A DNA stretch of 64,000 bases from Perkinsela sp. CCAP 1560/9 (taxonomy: Eukaryota > Protista > Euglenozoa: Kinetoplastea), in assembly GCA_965644495.1 (NCBI GenBank), contig CBFFSA010000006.1, forward strand, positions 853,724 to 917,723. The letters are read 5' to 3'. Of this stretch, positions 42,906 through 54,638 are shown in pieces. The notes under the pieces are model-generated. The model saw only the letters and a list, made by a program, of their open reading frames with translations. It searched no databases and was not told the origin of the DNA. How positions within the stretch are numbered: position 1 is the first letter of the stretch; the number at the start of each line of letters is the position of its first letter. A program made the position numbers and the translations under genes.

Positions 42906-43537
42906 ATAGTACGGGGCTTTATTACGGGACGGATTAAGAGGGGTGAAACCATTCAGGTTCGGGGTCGGTTCGCCTCGGGTCGCCTGGCGCAATCTATTCC
43001 CCCTACTTCTGCTAATTATTTTTGTTTTTTCGTCCTTTTTGTTCGCCTTTATGTTTTTTCGTTTATATAAACCCCCGCTCAAGAAAAGTAATCCCCCATT
43101 TCCGCTAACATTATACTCCCCCTCTCATTAATTTTTATAAATGACCTTTGGTATTTTTTTACAAAAATTTATATTTCTACGAAAATTTACAATTTTGTTC
43201 AGAGTCATATCCTTTTAAGTTTTTCTAAAGTACATTATTTCTATATCCTCGAAACGTTTGGACCGCACTTCGGACAACGGGCTTGGCTTTTATTTTTCCC
43301 CGCAGCGCATCGCTGATCACGAAGAAATTCGTAGAAATCAGCGCATAATCACGTTTGTGGAGACGAAGGGACAGGAAGAATTTTCTCCAGAAAGTACAGA
43401 TCGGCCTTTTGTACATTAGCCCTCCCTTCATTACTCTATGGGCGCTTAAGCAAATATTTATAGTTAACATCTCATAATTATCATCCTCGCTTACCCGCAA
43501 TCTATCCTTACAGCGAAACAAATTGGTTCATCGTAAA

Positions 43538-44875
43538 GGGGGGGTACGTCTATTGTTGGCAATCATCTATTGTTGGCAAACTAATAAAATCATCTATTGT
43601 TGGCAATCTGTTATTGTTGACATTTAATTAATTTTGATTTCTTTGATCCATTGCCATGTATGACGGATAAAATCCTGGAGTCTGCTAAGGTCAAAATTTC
43701 CACTTTTTTCGAAAATTTTCGAAACTTTCCTCTTTTTCGAAGATACGTATACATCCTAAGATGTTCCTCCGAAGATACGTATGTATCCTCGTGTATGTGA
43801 GGGGGGGCGACGGTAGTGTAAGTGATAAATGTAGCGTAAGTTACCTTGATGGCCAACAATAGATGATTTTATTGCCGTTCCATCTATTGTTGATTAAGGG
43901 GGGTATTGTATCATCTATTGCGGTGGTTGTAAAACTACCGCTCTACACTCGATTATTGAAAAAAAAGTGAACAAAAACAGTGAAAATATAAAGAGGAACA
44001 CAGTAATATAATAGAAGAAAAAAATATAAAAGGGGGCTCCGGTGGTCCAAAACTGAAAAAAAAATTTGAAAAAAATGGGGGGTCCAGGGGGGGGGGTCCA
44101 GGGGGGGGGTCCAGGGGGGGGGGCATGGTCGAGCAAATTTTTTCGAAAAAATTAGTTTTCGAAAAAAAACCGCAGAAAGGGGAGCCGGGGTCTTGGCGCG
44201 CATTTTCCACCCCCCTACCCGGGGGTGACCCCCCCGCGTATCCGCAGGACGGGTCCGCCAAGTTCGGATTTTTTCGGAAAAAATTTTTTGAAAAAAAATT
44301 CAACTTGGCGAAAAAAATGACAAAAAACATATTTTTCCAAAATCGTTTCCCCTATTGTATTTTGATAGTTTGGGACCTACACTAGCTTTCTACGCAGTTG
44401 TTTTCGCAAGGTATCACTTCTTCGAACTGTGGTGCGCCCCCCAAAATGACCCATTTTTGACTAAAAAAGGTGAAAAAGTATTTTTCGGACCTAAAGGGGC
44501 ATTTTTGTGTCGAAAGAATGGTATGGTTGGAGTCGTATTCTCTACCCAATACGTTCGGTAGGCTTTCATTCATGCCTGCGAGTGATTTCCCACGCGCAAA
44601 TGTCGGATTTAGTGCTCTGACAGCAAAAATACACGAAAATGACCCCATTTGTACCCGAAATTCGGCTATTTTTGGCTATAATCTTTCCGTTTTCCAGGCT
44701 AAATTTTCTTTTTTAGGCTCTTCGTTAAATGCGGCGGTAGTTTTCAACGCGAAGCGCGCAGCATGAGTGACTTCTAAGTTGAAAACAACCACCGCGTTTA
44801 ACGAAGAGCCTAAAAAATTGTTGGCAATCGGCTATTGTTGGCAAAAAAAGTTGCCAACAATAGACGAGCCCCCCC
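43538..44875. mobile_element. TIR element GGGGGGG..CGTCTATTGTTGGCAA hosting copy A2
   Basis: Inverted ends plus internal catctattgttggcaa repeats; flanks are TTAA-like but imperfect. Confidence 0.75.
43918..44817 (-). mobile_element. Palindrome/hairpin element copy A2 (900 bp)
   Basis: Reverse complement of A1; splits catcta|ttgttggcaa. Confidence 0.9.
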
Positions 44876-45086
44876 TTTCATCTAACGTGTTGTATATCAC
44901 CCTCCTTCCACCTACCCTCTCTCATTAATTTTTATTTCTTTTTTAGGCTCTTCGTTACGTAAGTACAACTATGTTTCGTACATTTTCATGTAGCATTTTA
45001 GTGTTGAACCTCCATTTTTTTCCCTAAGAAACCTAATTCGTGACGAAAAAACCTTTTAAATTGTTTTCATACGCTGTCTTCATGGT

Positions 45087-45645
45087 GGGTCCATGGGGGG
45101 GCACACGTCGCGAAATTTTTTTCGAATTTTTTGCTTTTCAAAATCGAGCGCATGGAAGTGGTAGAGTAGGCCGTGTCGATAATTTTCCACCTCCCCCCCT
45201 TGGGGGTAGTCCCCCCCCCCCTGGTACGCTCAGGAGGGGTCCGACAAGGTCGAAATTTCCGAATTTTTTGAGGTGACCAAAAAATATATTTCTTTGACCC
45301 AAAAAAAGGCAAAAATATTCTTTTTCCAAAATCGACTCCTAAAACGTATTTTAAGAGTTTTACACCTCAGCTACCATTCTACGACGTTTCTTTCGACAGA
45401 TTCGCCTCCTGCCCCTACTGGTAAGGCATCCAAAACGTCCCAAATTCGGGTTAAAATTTCGCAATTTTCGCATTAAAATCGAGGTTTTTCACCCAAAAAA
45501 CTAGATTATTCATGATCTTTTGGCGATTTTTCTTTTTTAGGCTCTTCGTTAAACGCGGTGGTAGTTTTCAACGCGAAGCGTGCAGCATGAGTGACTTCTA
45601 AGTTGAAAACAACCACCGCGTTTAACGAAGAGCCTAAAAAAGAAA
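45087..45645 (-). mobile_element. Palindrome/hairpin element subfamily B, truncated copy
   Basis: Palindrome at ~45527-45645 with body matching 53205-53750. Confidence 0.8.
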
Positions 45646-46847
45646 ATTATCAATTTTCGTAATGTTTCAAATAATTTGCAGAATTTTGACCCTTCTTTTT
45701 CCTTAAAAATCTTTCCTATAGTCATCTGGTGTTTTATGAAGCAAATCAGCTTAGAATTTCGAGATCTGTTGAATGCCGAAGGAATGAGATCAAAAGCTCT
45801 CACGACACAAATTTTATACTCCAGGTTATGCAAGACCTGGGTGCTATAATCCGAAATACTCTGATCATGTTCTTAAATCCTTAGTAGGATGCACCTTGAC
45901 AGGTTTTGTTTGTTTTTTTGGTAACGAACTTTATCGCGGTGCATCTTCAGATGCCGTGATTCAGGACTTGCATTCTTTCCTTCCTTTCTGAACACATCCA
46001 ATCCAAATCATTCCGGATTGCTCCGCATGGTCACTGGCAAGCCAGACCCTTCACAGACAGATTTGGAAGTTCCGAGGCCGACGTCCTCTACCAGTTTCCG
46101 CTTGTCCAAGGCGGCACCAACGTGATGTTGTCAACACGCTGCGTCGACGAACTGTACGTCAACACGGGTCACCCAAGAGGTGTAAGCCGGGTAAGGGAGC
46201 TGGTTCCCTGAGGGGAGGGTCCGGGACCGTCCTCCGAGTACTGGGCCTAGTCGGTTATCAGCCCAGCCTTTTAGAGTGAGGCCGCCAGGAATATTGCGAT
46301 GAGCGGGTTTGAACTCGCCGTCTGAGCACCATGTGCTTCAAACTTTGAGTTCTTGCCACTCCGCCACCTCCACTTCTGAACACAATGTAAAGGCACTATC
46401 CGACGGGTACTTCTACGATTGCAACAGCGTAATTATTCCCTATGACAGGGGAGAAATATGGCCTCCTTTACCTGCGAACGAAACGCTCGACACCTACGAG
46501 CTCGAGGCAAGTGTCAAGTTGTCCTATAATGAATCTCTTGCACATTTTCGTTTTTTTTTGGCGACAGCATTGCTTGAAAATCGCTAAGTTTAGAATAGCT
46601 CATTTCGCAGCGACCTGCTCGTTCAGCTCGAGGAGCCCGAATGGAAGGGATATATCCCAGCCACAGGACAGGCGAACCAGCATCTGGTGTCTAAGTGTTA
46701 AGTCTCTGCTACCGTACACTTGCGTCCATCTACAATCCTACTTCAGTAATGTAAGTTTCCAGAGCAGCGCAAGTTGCCACTTTGACTCGTGTATCGGTGG
46801 CTTGAAATAGTGTTTTTAAAAATTTCCAAGTAGCCTTGTTTTGACTA

Positions 46848-47416
46848 AACCCCCCTCCCACTTAATATTTACACACTTTTATTATTTACTGGACACTTAA
46901 TATTTACATGGACACTTATTGTTTACACACTTTTATTATTTACATGGCTTTTAATCTCTCAAAATTTTGAAAAATGTCACTGAAGCAAATTACAAAAACG
47001 CGATGAAAGCAGTTCCTACGACTCAAACGGTGCACCCGAATACTGATCGGAAAATCTATCCGATGAAGGCGTCCAACCTTCAGGTGAGCAGCCCAACCGG
47101 CCATTTTCAATGAGTCACAGCAGAGACATGAGAAAAGTAAGACTAGGAATGAATGACCCACGGCATCACATACGGAAAGGCGTTCCATCACCAGTGAAAA
47201 AACGATTTGTTGAAATGAGATTGAACGGCATGATAAAAGTGCCTCTTCTCGCCTTCAATCATGGATCGGTCAGAAAATTTTATAACACCTGCAGGAGCCA
47301 ATGTAAATAATAAGTGGAATTTCCCCGTAATATTTACATGGACACTTATTATTTATACACTCTTATTATTTACCATTTTTCGCATGTACATGTAAATATT
47401 AAGTGGGAGGGGGGTC
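46848..47416. mobile_element. TIR element (RACCCCCCTCCCACTTAATATTTACA), probable pogo deletion derivative
   Basis: TIRs and TA flanks; internal peptide DPRHHIRKGVPSPVKK resembles DTRSFVRRDIPNKVKD at the pogo N-terminus. Confidence 0.75.
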
Positions 47417-48382
47417 TATCATCTAGGGGACATCCTCGAGAGATATGGTCTTCAGCAATTTTCTCACCAGGAACCCATCGAATCTCAAGATCAAACGCAC
47501 GCTCCTTCTTAAGATTCGAAATTTTTCTAATTATTTCTCGAGCGGGAGCTGAATAACTTGCGATTAATCGCCTCTTGGATACCTCTCTCCAATGCTTTCA
47601 GTTCGAGCACAAATGCCGAAAGGGATTTATCTTGCACTGTATTGCTGACGTACCACGCATCATCCGGTCTGCCATCGTCAGAAAAGAATAGGCCTCCGAT
47701 CCCCACTTTCTTGCTCGCATCTGTAGCTACCCACGCGGTAACACCGTGGTCGTTTCTGCTTGGTCGCCAGTGCCATTTTCGGGAAAAAAAAATAAGCGGA
47801 AGAACAATTTTTATCATAGTTTCCCATTTCAGAACCTCTTCGCCTGAGAGATTTCGATCCCATCCCAATGAAACATTCTCCGTTCCCCACTCCACTAATT
47901 GCTCCATGGCGAAATCGATTTCTATTTGCGTAAGACCTGCAATTCTGTGCACCCACAGCAAACGAGAGATCCAACCAGTTGCTCTTCTGACTGAGCACCC
48001 ATGTGTGCTTTCGGGTGTATCCAAACTGAGGTCATCATCCCATTTTTTCAAGGTCTTGTCACAGACTCGCCATTTCATTTCTTCCTGCTCCCAGACATAC
48101 TCGACCCCGAGAAAATCAACCCTGTAGAATGTAATCACTGAATGAGGGTCCTTCCAGATAGCATTCAAACACTTTCCATTCTTCTTCAACCTCTCTTTCC
48201 ACCTGTGAGCCAGTGCAGACTCCTTTGTCGCGATTAGAATGTTATCGTAATACAGTATACCGTAATTATTCCTTGCACATGACCTTTCGTGTCCGTAAGC
48301 TGGAGAAAAAAGGGCGTTGCATCGTCACAATATCGTGGGACCCCGAGAGATGGCTGACTCTGGCTAGTTTTGAAAAGAACTA

Positions 48383-49598
48383 CTCCTCCTGCATTAATAA
48401 TGATAATCTTAAAAACAATTGTCATTCTACGTGGTGAAGACTCTTAAAAAATTATCAACTTATTTTCATGCACGCAGGATTTTCTTACAAAAAATTTTGT
48501 GTCTTAACAAAAAGTACTTTGAACTAAAAAACTACTGGTAAGGTTTCAAAAACGGCTCAAATTCGGGTTAAAATTTTTTGGTCTGAAAATCGTGTTTTTT
48601 TGTCGAAAACTATGTACTCTCCCTGCCATTAATAATGATAATGATAATAATAGTCTTAAAACAAATCATTTTTGGGGATTATAATTTTCTTTTTTAGGCT
48701 CTTCGTTAAACGCGGTGGTTGCTTTCAACTTAGAAGTCACTCATGCTGCGCGCTTCGCGTTGAAAACTACCGCCGCGTTTAACGAAGAGCCTAAAAAAGA
48801 AAATTTAGCCTGGAAAACGGAAAGATTATAGCCAAAAATAGCCGAATTTCGGGTACAAATGGGGTCATTTTCGCATATTTTTGCTCTCAGAGCACTAAAT
48901 TCGACATTTGCGCGTGGGAAATCACTCGCAGGCATGAATGAAAGCCTACCGAACGTATTGGGTAGAGAATACGACTCCAACCATACCATTCTTTCGACAC
49001 AAAAATGCCCCTTTAGGTCCGAAAAATACTTTTTCACCTTTTTTAGTCAAAAATGGGTCATTTTGGGGGGCGCACCACAGTTCGAAGAAGTGATACCTTG
49101 CTAAAACAACTGCGTAGAAAGCTAGTGTAGGTCCCAAACTATCAAAATACAATAGGGGAAACGATTTTGGAAAAATATTTTTTTTGTCATTTTTTTCGCC
49201 AAGTTGAAATTTTTTTCAAAAATTTTTTCCGAAAAAATCCGAACTTGGCGGACCCGTCCTGCGGATACGCGGGGGGGTCACCCCCGGGTAGCGGGGTGGA
49301 AAATGCGCGCCAAGACCCCGGCTACCCTTTCTGCAGTTTTTTTTCGAAAACTAATTTTTTCAAAAAAATTTGCTCGACCATGCCCCCCCCCTGGACCCCC
49401 CCCATGGACCCCCCATTTTTTTCAATTTTTTTTTTCAGTTTTGGACCACCGGAGCCCCCTTTTATATTTTTTTCTTCTATTATATTACTGTGTTCCCCTT
49501 TATATTTTCACTGTTTTTGTTCACTTTTTTTTCAATAATCGAGTGTAGAGCGGTAGTTTTACAACCACCGCAATTATCATTATTAATGACAGTGGGAG
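48383..49598. mobile_element. TA-flanked CTCC-TIR element splitting the RT gene
   Basis: TIR ctcc..tg.cattaataatgataat; TA TSD; removal restores C-W-G-V-V-L-F. Confidence 0.85.
48685..49573 (+). mobile_element. Palindrome/hairpin element copy A3 (889 bp)
   Basis: Near-identical to A1. Confidence 0.9.
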
Positions 49599-50485
49599 TA
49601 CACCCCAACACATCCTGTGCGCTATAGATGCCGACCACGAGTGGCCCATGGGGAGTACTGTGGGAACCCAGGTCTTACCAAACAACAACAGTCCCATGGT
49701 ACGTGCGAATAAACCATTGATTTTTATCTGATAAAACCAATGACGCAAGTCGGCTGTCACATAGTGACCAGGCCCTACGTATTGTATAGCCTTTAATATC
49801 TCTTCCGGTTGCGGGAGGCTGAGTACGGGGGGCGCTTTGGCCAATCTGCTCGCCTGCTGAGCATTCACAATCAATCTTGACTGGATAAAGGATTTCCTTA
49901 TCTTGTATAGCTTCGCCCAACTCTTTATTATGGGTGGGACTCTCTTTTATGATTTTCCACTCTCTTATCAATGATGCGTCTTCCACGCTTAAGCCACTTC
50001 GAGCCTCCGTATTGTGCTTCTGATTCATAGGTGCCACACCTTCTTCAAAAAATTCCTCATTCTGAACAACTCCTATAGCGTCATGCAGCCACAGCACCTT
50101 GTTGGAAATAACCCAGTTGCGGAGACGCCCATACAGAAGACCGCCTGCGATTTTATTGGATCCAGTGGCAACTCACTCGGTTCTGAAACAGTTTTTGGAC
50201 CAAGAAACAAACAGTCATGTGGGTAATCGGACATGTAATATACACCTCGCTTGCCACTCCTAGTGAAAAGAAAAAGTAATTATAATCAATGTTCCTGGGT
50301 GTGAAGCACTACATCCTTCTCTATCAACGGATTCAGTCCTAATGAGCCGCGTGTGCACTCTTCGCACATGCATTGTAATGTACACGCACATGCTCCTCTC
50401 TAGTTACATATTATGAGTATCGAGTAACTTAAAAGCATGTATGTCTCGCCCTTTTTCAAGCTAACTAACTTACAATGTCCACATC

Positions 50486-51000
50486 GAGGCATCTAACTCA
50501 GACTTTAAGGAATGATTTCTAAGGAATGAACATTGATTTCTCAACGTTTACTTCCAAACATCTAACTTAAGGAATGATTTCTAAGGAATGAACATTAATT
50601 TCTCAACGTTTACTTCCAAACATCTAACTTCTAACATCCGTTATCTAAACATTCAATTTTTAAGCTTCATCGTCAAAGCATCTAACTCAGACCTCACCGA
50701 ATCTCTTAACATACAGGGGCATGCTTCGAAGCATCTAACTTCTATCATCCGTTATCCAAACGTCTAACTTCTAAACTACAAGCATCTAATTCAGACCTCA
50801 AGGATACTGACTTCTCAACGTCTGTCTCCAAAGTTTGGAAACTAAACTTTAACTTCTGACGTCCGTCATCTAAGCATCTAACTTCCAGACTTCAAAATCA
50901 AAGCGTAGAAGTTCTAAACTTCTAAACATTAACTTTTCTACATCTAGTCACTCAACCTCTAATTCTAAACATCGAACTCATGATCTTCTAATGGTTAACT
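50486..51000. repeat. Degenerate minisatellite of aaRcatctaactt motifs, including a ~62-bp tandem duplication
   Basis: Motif recurs many times; 50506-50630 is duplicated. Confidence 0.7.
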
Positions 51001-51167
51001 TCTCATCATATGCCTTCTAAATGACTAACTCGCAGATTTAGTCTCATTCTGAAGTCAGCTTCATATCCGGGGACACATGAATCCTCTCTTGGTTAATCGC
51101 CTATTGCGATCATAAGCCAGAGCGCCACGACAAGGCGGAGGATTGAGCTCTGGTTAAAAGACAAGAA

Positions 51168-51475
51168 GTAACTTTGCAGAATTATATTGTCCCCCCTCCC
51201 CTTAAGCGCACCCGGTCAGACCCCCCCGTTTGAGCGCACATAGAGTTGAAGGAAAGAGCCCGGCGCCGCGAAGCGGTTCCAAATTTCTTTTTACGCAGTG
51301 ATTCAGACCCCCCCCCCGTTTAAGCGCACTTTTCTCGGAAAACGAGGTGCTCTTAACCGGGGGGGACAATATGTAACTTTGCAGATTAATATGTAACTTT
51401 GCAGATTAATATGTAACTTTGCAGAATTATATGCAAATGCAGAAATATATGTAAATGCAGAAATATATGTAAATT
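51168..51475. repeat. 20-bp tandem array (atgtaactttgcagattaat) interrupted by a MITE at 51187-51369
   Basis: TA-ttgtcccccc...ggggggacaa-TA lies within the array. Confidence 0.75.
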
Positions 51476-51720
51476 GTAAGTTGTTGCACAAATTACAACT
51501 AATTTTACAAGTTCACACAAATACACGTATACACGTATGTAAGTCACTTGTTTCATCTGTATAGACCCCTAGATCATGATTTTCTCGTTACAAAATAGAT
51601 TTTTTTGGCAGAATAGGGGTATTCTTTCGATGCAATTTGCAAACCAGTTCACGCGCACAATCATCGAGGGCAGCTTGCACTTTTTCTATATAGAGAATAA
51701 TTTTGACACTTTGAACACAC

Positions 51721-52533
51721 ATGCATTATCGAACTAGAGCTTCAGCCCGGCAATATGCTATATTTATTTCAATATGTGGTATTCTCGCTGTTCTTCATCA
51801 TGATCATTTAGAGAAAACTGAATTGCTTCACAACTATACTCAAACGGTGACGCTATATGAATCTGTTCAACATGAATGGCATTTAAAGTGTGCCGCTGTG
51901 GAAGCAAACTTAAGCGAATGTCGAAATTCTCAAACAAACACTAGTACTCAGAATTTTGAATTGTCGCGACAGCTCTCACAATTGCACGAACAGCAGTCTA
52001 ATAACACTGGTCTTGTTCGAGACATGAAAGGTAGTCTTGAACATCTTTCTCAAGAAATTCGAAGAGCTGAACAGGAAACTACGCATCGAGGTGAAGTTAT
52101 TCAGAATTTAACTATAGAACTCTCAGTATGTCGAACTACGCTTGAAAACCAAACTGCCAAAGGTGATCAAGATTTAAATCTTTTAAAAGTTCAGTGTATG
52201 GAATGTGCTAGACTCGCCTTAGATGAGCGTGATTATGCCGCTAACCTACTCGGTGCTCTTCAAAAAGCAGAACGAATTATTACTGAGTCGCATTCTAATG
52301 TACAAATCAAAGATTTGGATCATATCACTAGCAATGAGCACAATTTTTCCAACACGTTTGTATCGAATGAATCACACCTTTCTTTTTCGAATCGTAGTTC
52401 GAACTATTCATTTACACTTTCACCACATGCAACGCGCAATCACACTGCATACACCCCGACTTTTGATTTAAAAGTTGATCCAATTGACGATTTAAAGTAT
52501 GAAACACTTAACAAACTTATCAATATCAATTGA
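51721..52533 (+). CDS. N-terminally anchored coiled-coil protein, unknown function
   Basis: Hydrophobic N-terminal segment, heptad-like Q/E/L-rich middle, many NxS/T sites. Confidence 0.7.
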   Translation: MHYRTRASARQYAIFISICGILAVLHHDHLEKTELLHNYTQTVTLYESVQHEWHLKCAAVEANLSECRNSQTNTSTQNFELSRQLSQLHEQQSNNTGLVRDMKGSLEHLSQEIRRAEQETTHRGEVIQNLTIELSVCRTTLENQTAKGDQDLNLLKVQCMECARLALDERDYAANLLGALQKAERIITESHSNVQIKDLDHITSNEHNFSNTFVSNESHLSFSNRSSNYSFTLSPHATRNHTAYTPTFDLKVDPIDDLKYETLNKLININ

Positions 52534-52870
52534 TCAATCATTCAGGAATACTCAGAGCGTTGAATCAGGAGGGTGCGTCCGGGTGCGGCTGAGGTCCGGG
52601 GAAGGTGAAATTCTTTTTCTTTTTTAATCTCTTATAGGAGATTTTCTTTTTAATCTCCTATATTTTTTCTGAATGCCTAGATAATGGCAAACTCATAACT
52701 TTCTCGTATATGTATAAACCACCGTCTGGGTTAATGTCGGTGTGCTAGCTTCTTCGTTAAAAGGCGGTGGTTGTTGTTAAACGGGGCTTCGCAAACTGCT
52801 TCCCACTAACGACGCCGCGTATGGCTCAGGCCCAAGCTTCTTAGCTAATCCCTGTGGTAGTCGGACGAAA

Positions 52871-52944
52871 AGTGCGTTAGTGGGAATCGAACCCAACCCT
52901 CTCAGATGTAGAGTCACTGGACCTGACGACTTGGCTAATCACAC
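52871..52944 (-). tRNA. Degenerate tRNA-like sequence (pseudogene or SINE head), anticodon position CTA
   Basis: A-box TAGCCAAGT, B-box GGTTCGATTCC, T-stem GTGGG/CCCAC, partial acceptor stem, TTTT after it; anticodon stem imperfect. Confidence 0.5.
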
Positions 52945-53812
52945 CCTCTGGCGAAAATGAAAATCAGCAGCATCCCTTTCATCGACTATACACCCCCTTT
53001 TTTTCGGGATTTTATTACTCGCCTCGATTCACCCCCACCCAGCTACCATAAAGACGAAGAGGCAGAGTTTGTAAACAAGCCCCGCAATATTCCTATACCC
53101 TCGTATTGCGGTGGTTGTATAACCACCGCTCTACCCTCGATTATTGAAAAACAATGAACAAAAACAGTGAAGCTATAAAGATGCATACAGTAATAAAATA
53201 ATTTAGTGGCTTCTTTAAACGCGGTGGTTGTTTTCAACATAGAAGTCACTCATGCTGCGCGCTTCGAGTTGAAAACTACCGCCGCGTTTAACGAAGAGCC
53301 TAAAAAGGAAAAATTGCCAAAACATCATGAATCAACAATTTTTTTAGGTGAAAAGGCTCGATTTTTAGGCGAAAATTGCGAAATTTTCACCTAAATTTGG
53401 GCCGTTTCTGATGCCTTACCAATAGGGGTAGGAGGCGAATCAGACGAAAAAAACGTAGAATGGTAGCTGGGGTCCCAAACTCCTAAAACACGTTTTAGGA
53501 GTCGATTTTGGAAAAATAATATTTATACTTTTTTTTAGGTCGAAAAATTGGTTGCCCCAAAAATTTAGGAAATTTTGACCTTGTCGGACCCCTCCTGCGC
53601 GTATCAGCGGGGGGGTACCCCCAGGGGTGTGGGGGGGTGGGGGGGGAATTATCGCCGCGGCCTACTCCACCACTTCCCTGCGCTCGATTTTGAAAAGCAA
53701 AAAATTCGAAAAAAAAATCACGACGTATGCCCCCCCCATGGACCCCCCATATTTTTCAATTTTTTTCACTTTTGGACCACCGGAGCCCCCTTTTATATTT
53801 TTTCTTCTATTG

Positions 53813-54638
53813 CCGTGGAAACATTAATTAAGAGACACATTAAATAAGGGAACATCAATTAAGGGAACACTAATTAAGGGAATAATTGTTTTTCGTCAAT
53901 TTTTGGCATTTTCAGGCAGTTTATAACTAATAATTATTTTTTCCGCCCATGGCCCAGGCACCCCCAACCCTCAGGATGTATATTGTTTTGAGTAGTGAAT
54001 TTTTCTTGAAATGAAGTTTACAGTGCGCCCAATTAGTAAAGTCCCAAAAAGGGGTTATCCCAAATAGTAAAGTGTTTTTTAGTAGTTACCTTTTTTTAGA
54101 GTTTTTCTCTTTTTCGAGGATTTTTGTCTAAAAGAAATTGATTTCATTTCATCTAAAAACAATTGCATACAACTTGCATTGGAAAGCGTTGTCCAAGACT
54201 CCAGCCCAGTTGTTTTTTGATTATGCGTTTTCTTTTTTTCTCTGTGCTTCAAACACAATTGATTGCCCAGTTAGTAAAGTCCCAAAAAACGGTTTTCCCA
54301 AATAGTCAGGTTTTTTTAGTATTTACCCAAAATCGGTGGTAACTACTAAAACCTTTACTATCTGGGCGCACTGTATATTTTTTGTGCTTTGTAAAAAGAA
54401 TAATTTTGATATTCAACAGCTACGTTTCACCTCTAAATATGTTTAAAAAATAAAACTGCAACAATTTACAGTTTACAATTATTTATCGTACTTATCTGAT
54501 GATCTTGGGCTATTTTCAACTTGATTCTCATAAAACAATTAAGGGAACATTAAATAATGGAACACTAATTAAGGGAATAATTTTTTTGGAAAATCATATT
54601 CCCTTAATTAGTGTAATTCTTAATTAATGTTTCCACGG
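53813..54638. mobile_element. MITE CCGTGGAAACATTAATTAAG
   Basis: TIRs; inserted at the TA of ttctatTAtattact; related copies at 61526-61998 and 58059. Confidence 0.85.
54021..54373. mobile_element. MITE TA-CAGTGCGCCCA...TGGGCGCACTG-TA
   Basis: Perfect TIRs and TA TSD, nested in 53813-54638. Confidence 0.9.

Larger units (their letters stand above)
47423..50230 (-). pseudogene. DIRS/VIPER/TATE-type reverse transcriptase-RNase H pseudogene
   Basis: IVNA..P..LP, ADLRHWFYQI, LPMGHSWS, YYDNILI, VDFLG, VATDASK..GIGG, LELKAL, IRWVPG..DHISR. Confidence 0.85.

Noticed and set aside
46309-46810. Possible tyrosine recombinase downstream of the RT
   Set aside because: No R...HxxR...Y motif found in any frame inspected
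52871-52944. Functional amber suppressor or stop-codon reassignment
   Set aside because: The anticodon stem is broken, and conserved genes are uninterrupted and end normally in TAA, TAG or TGA
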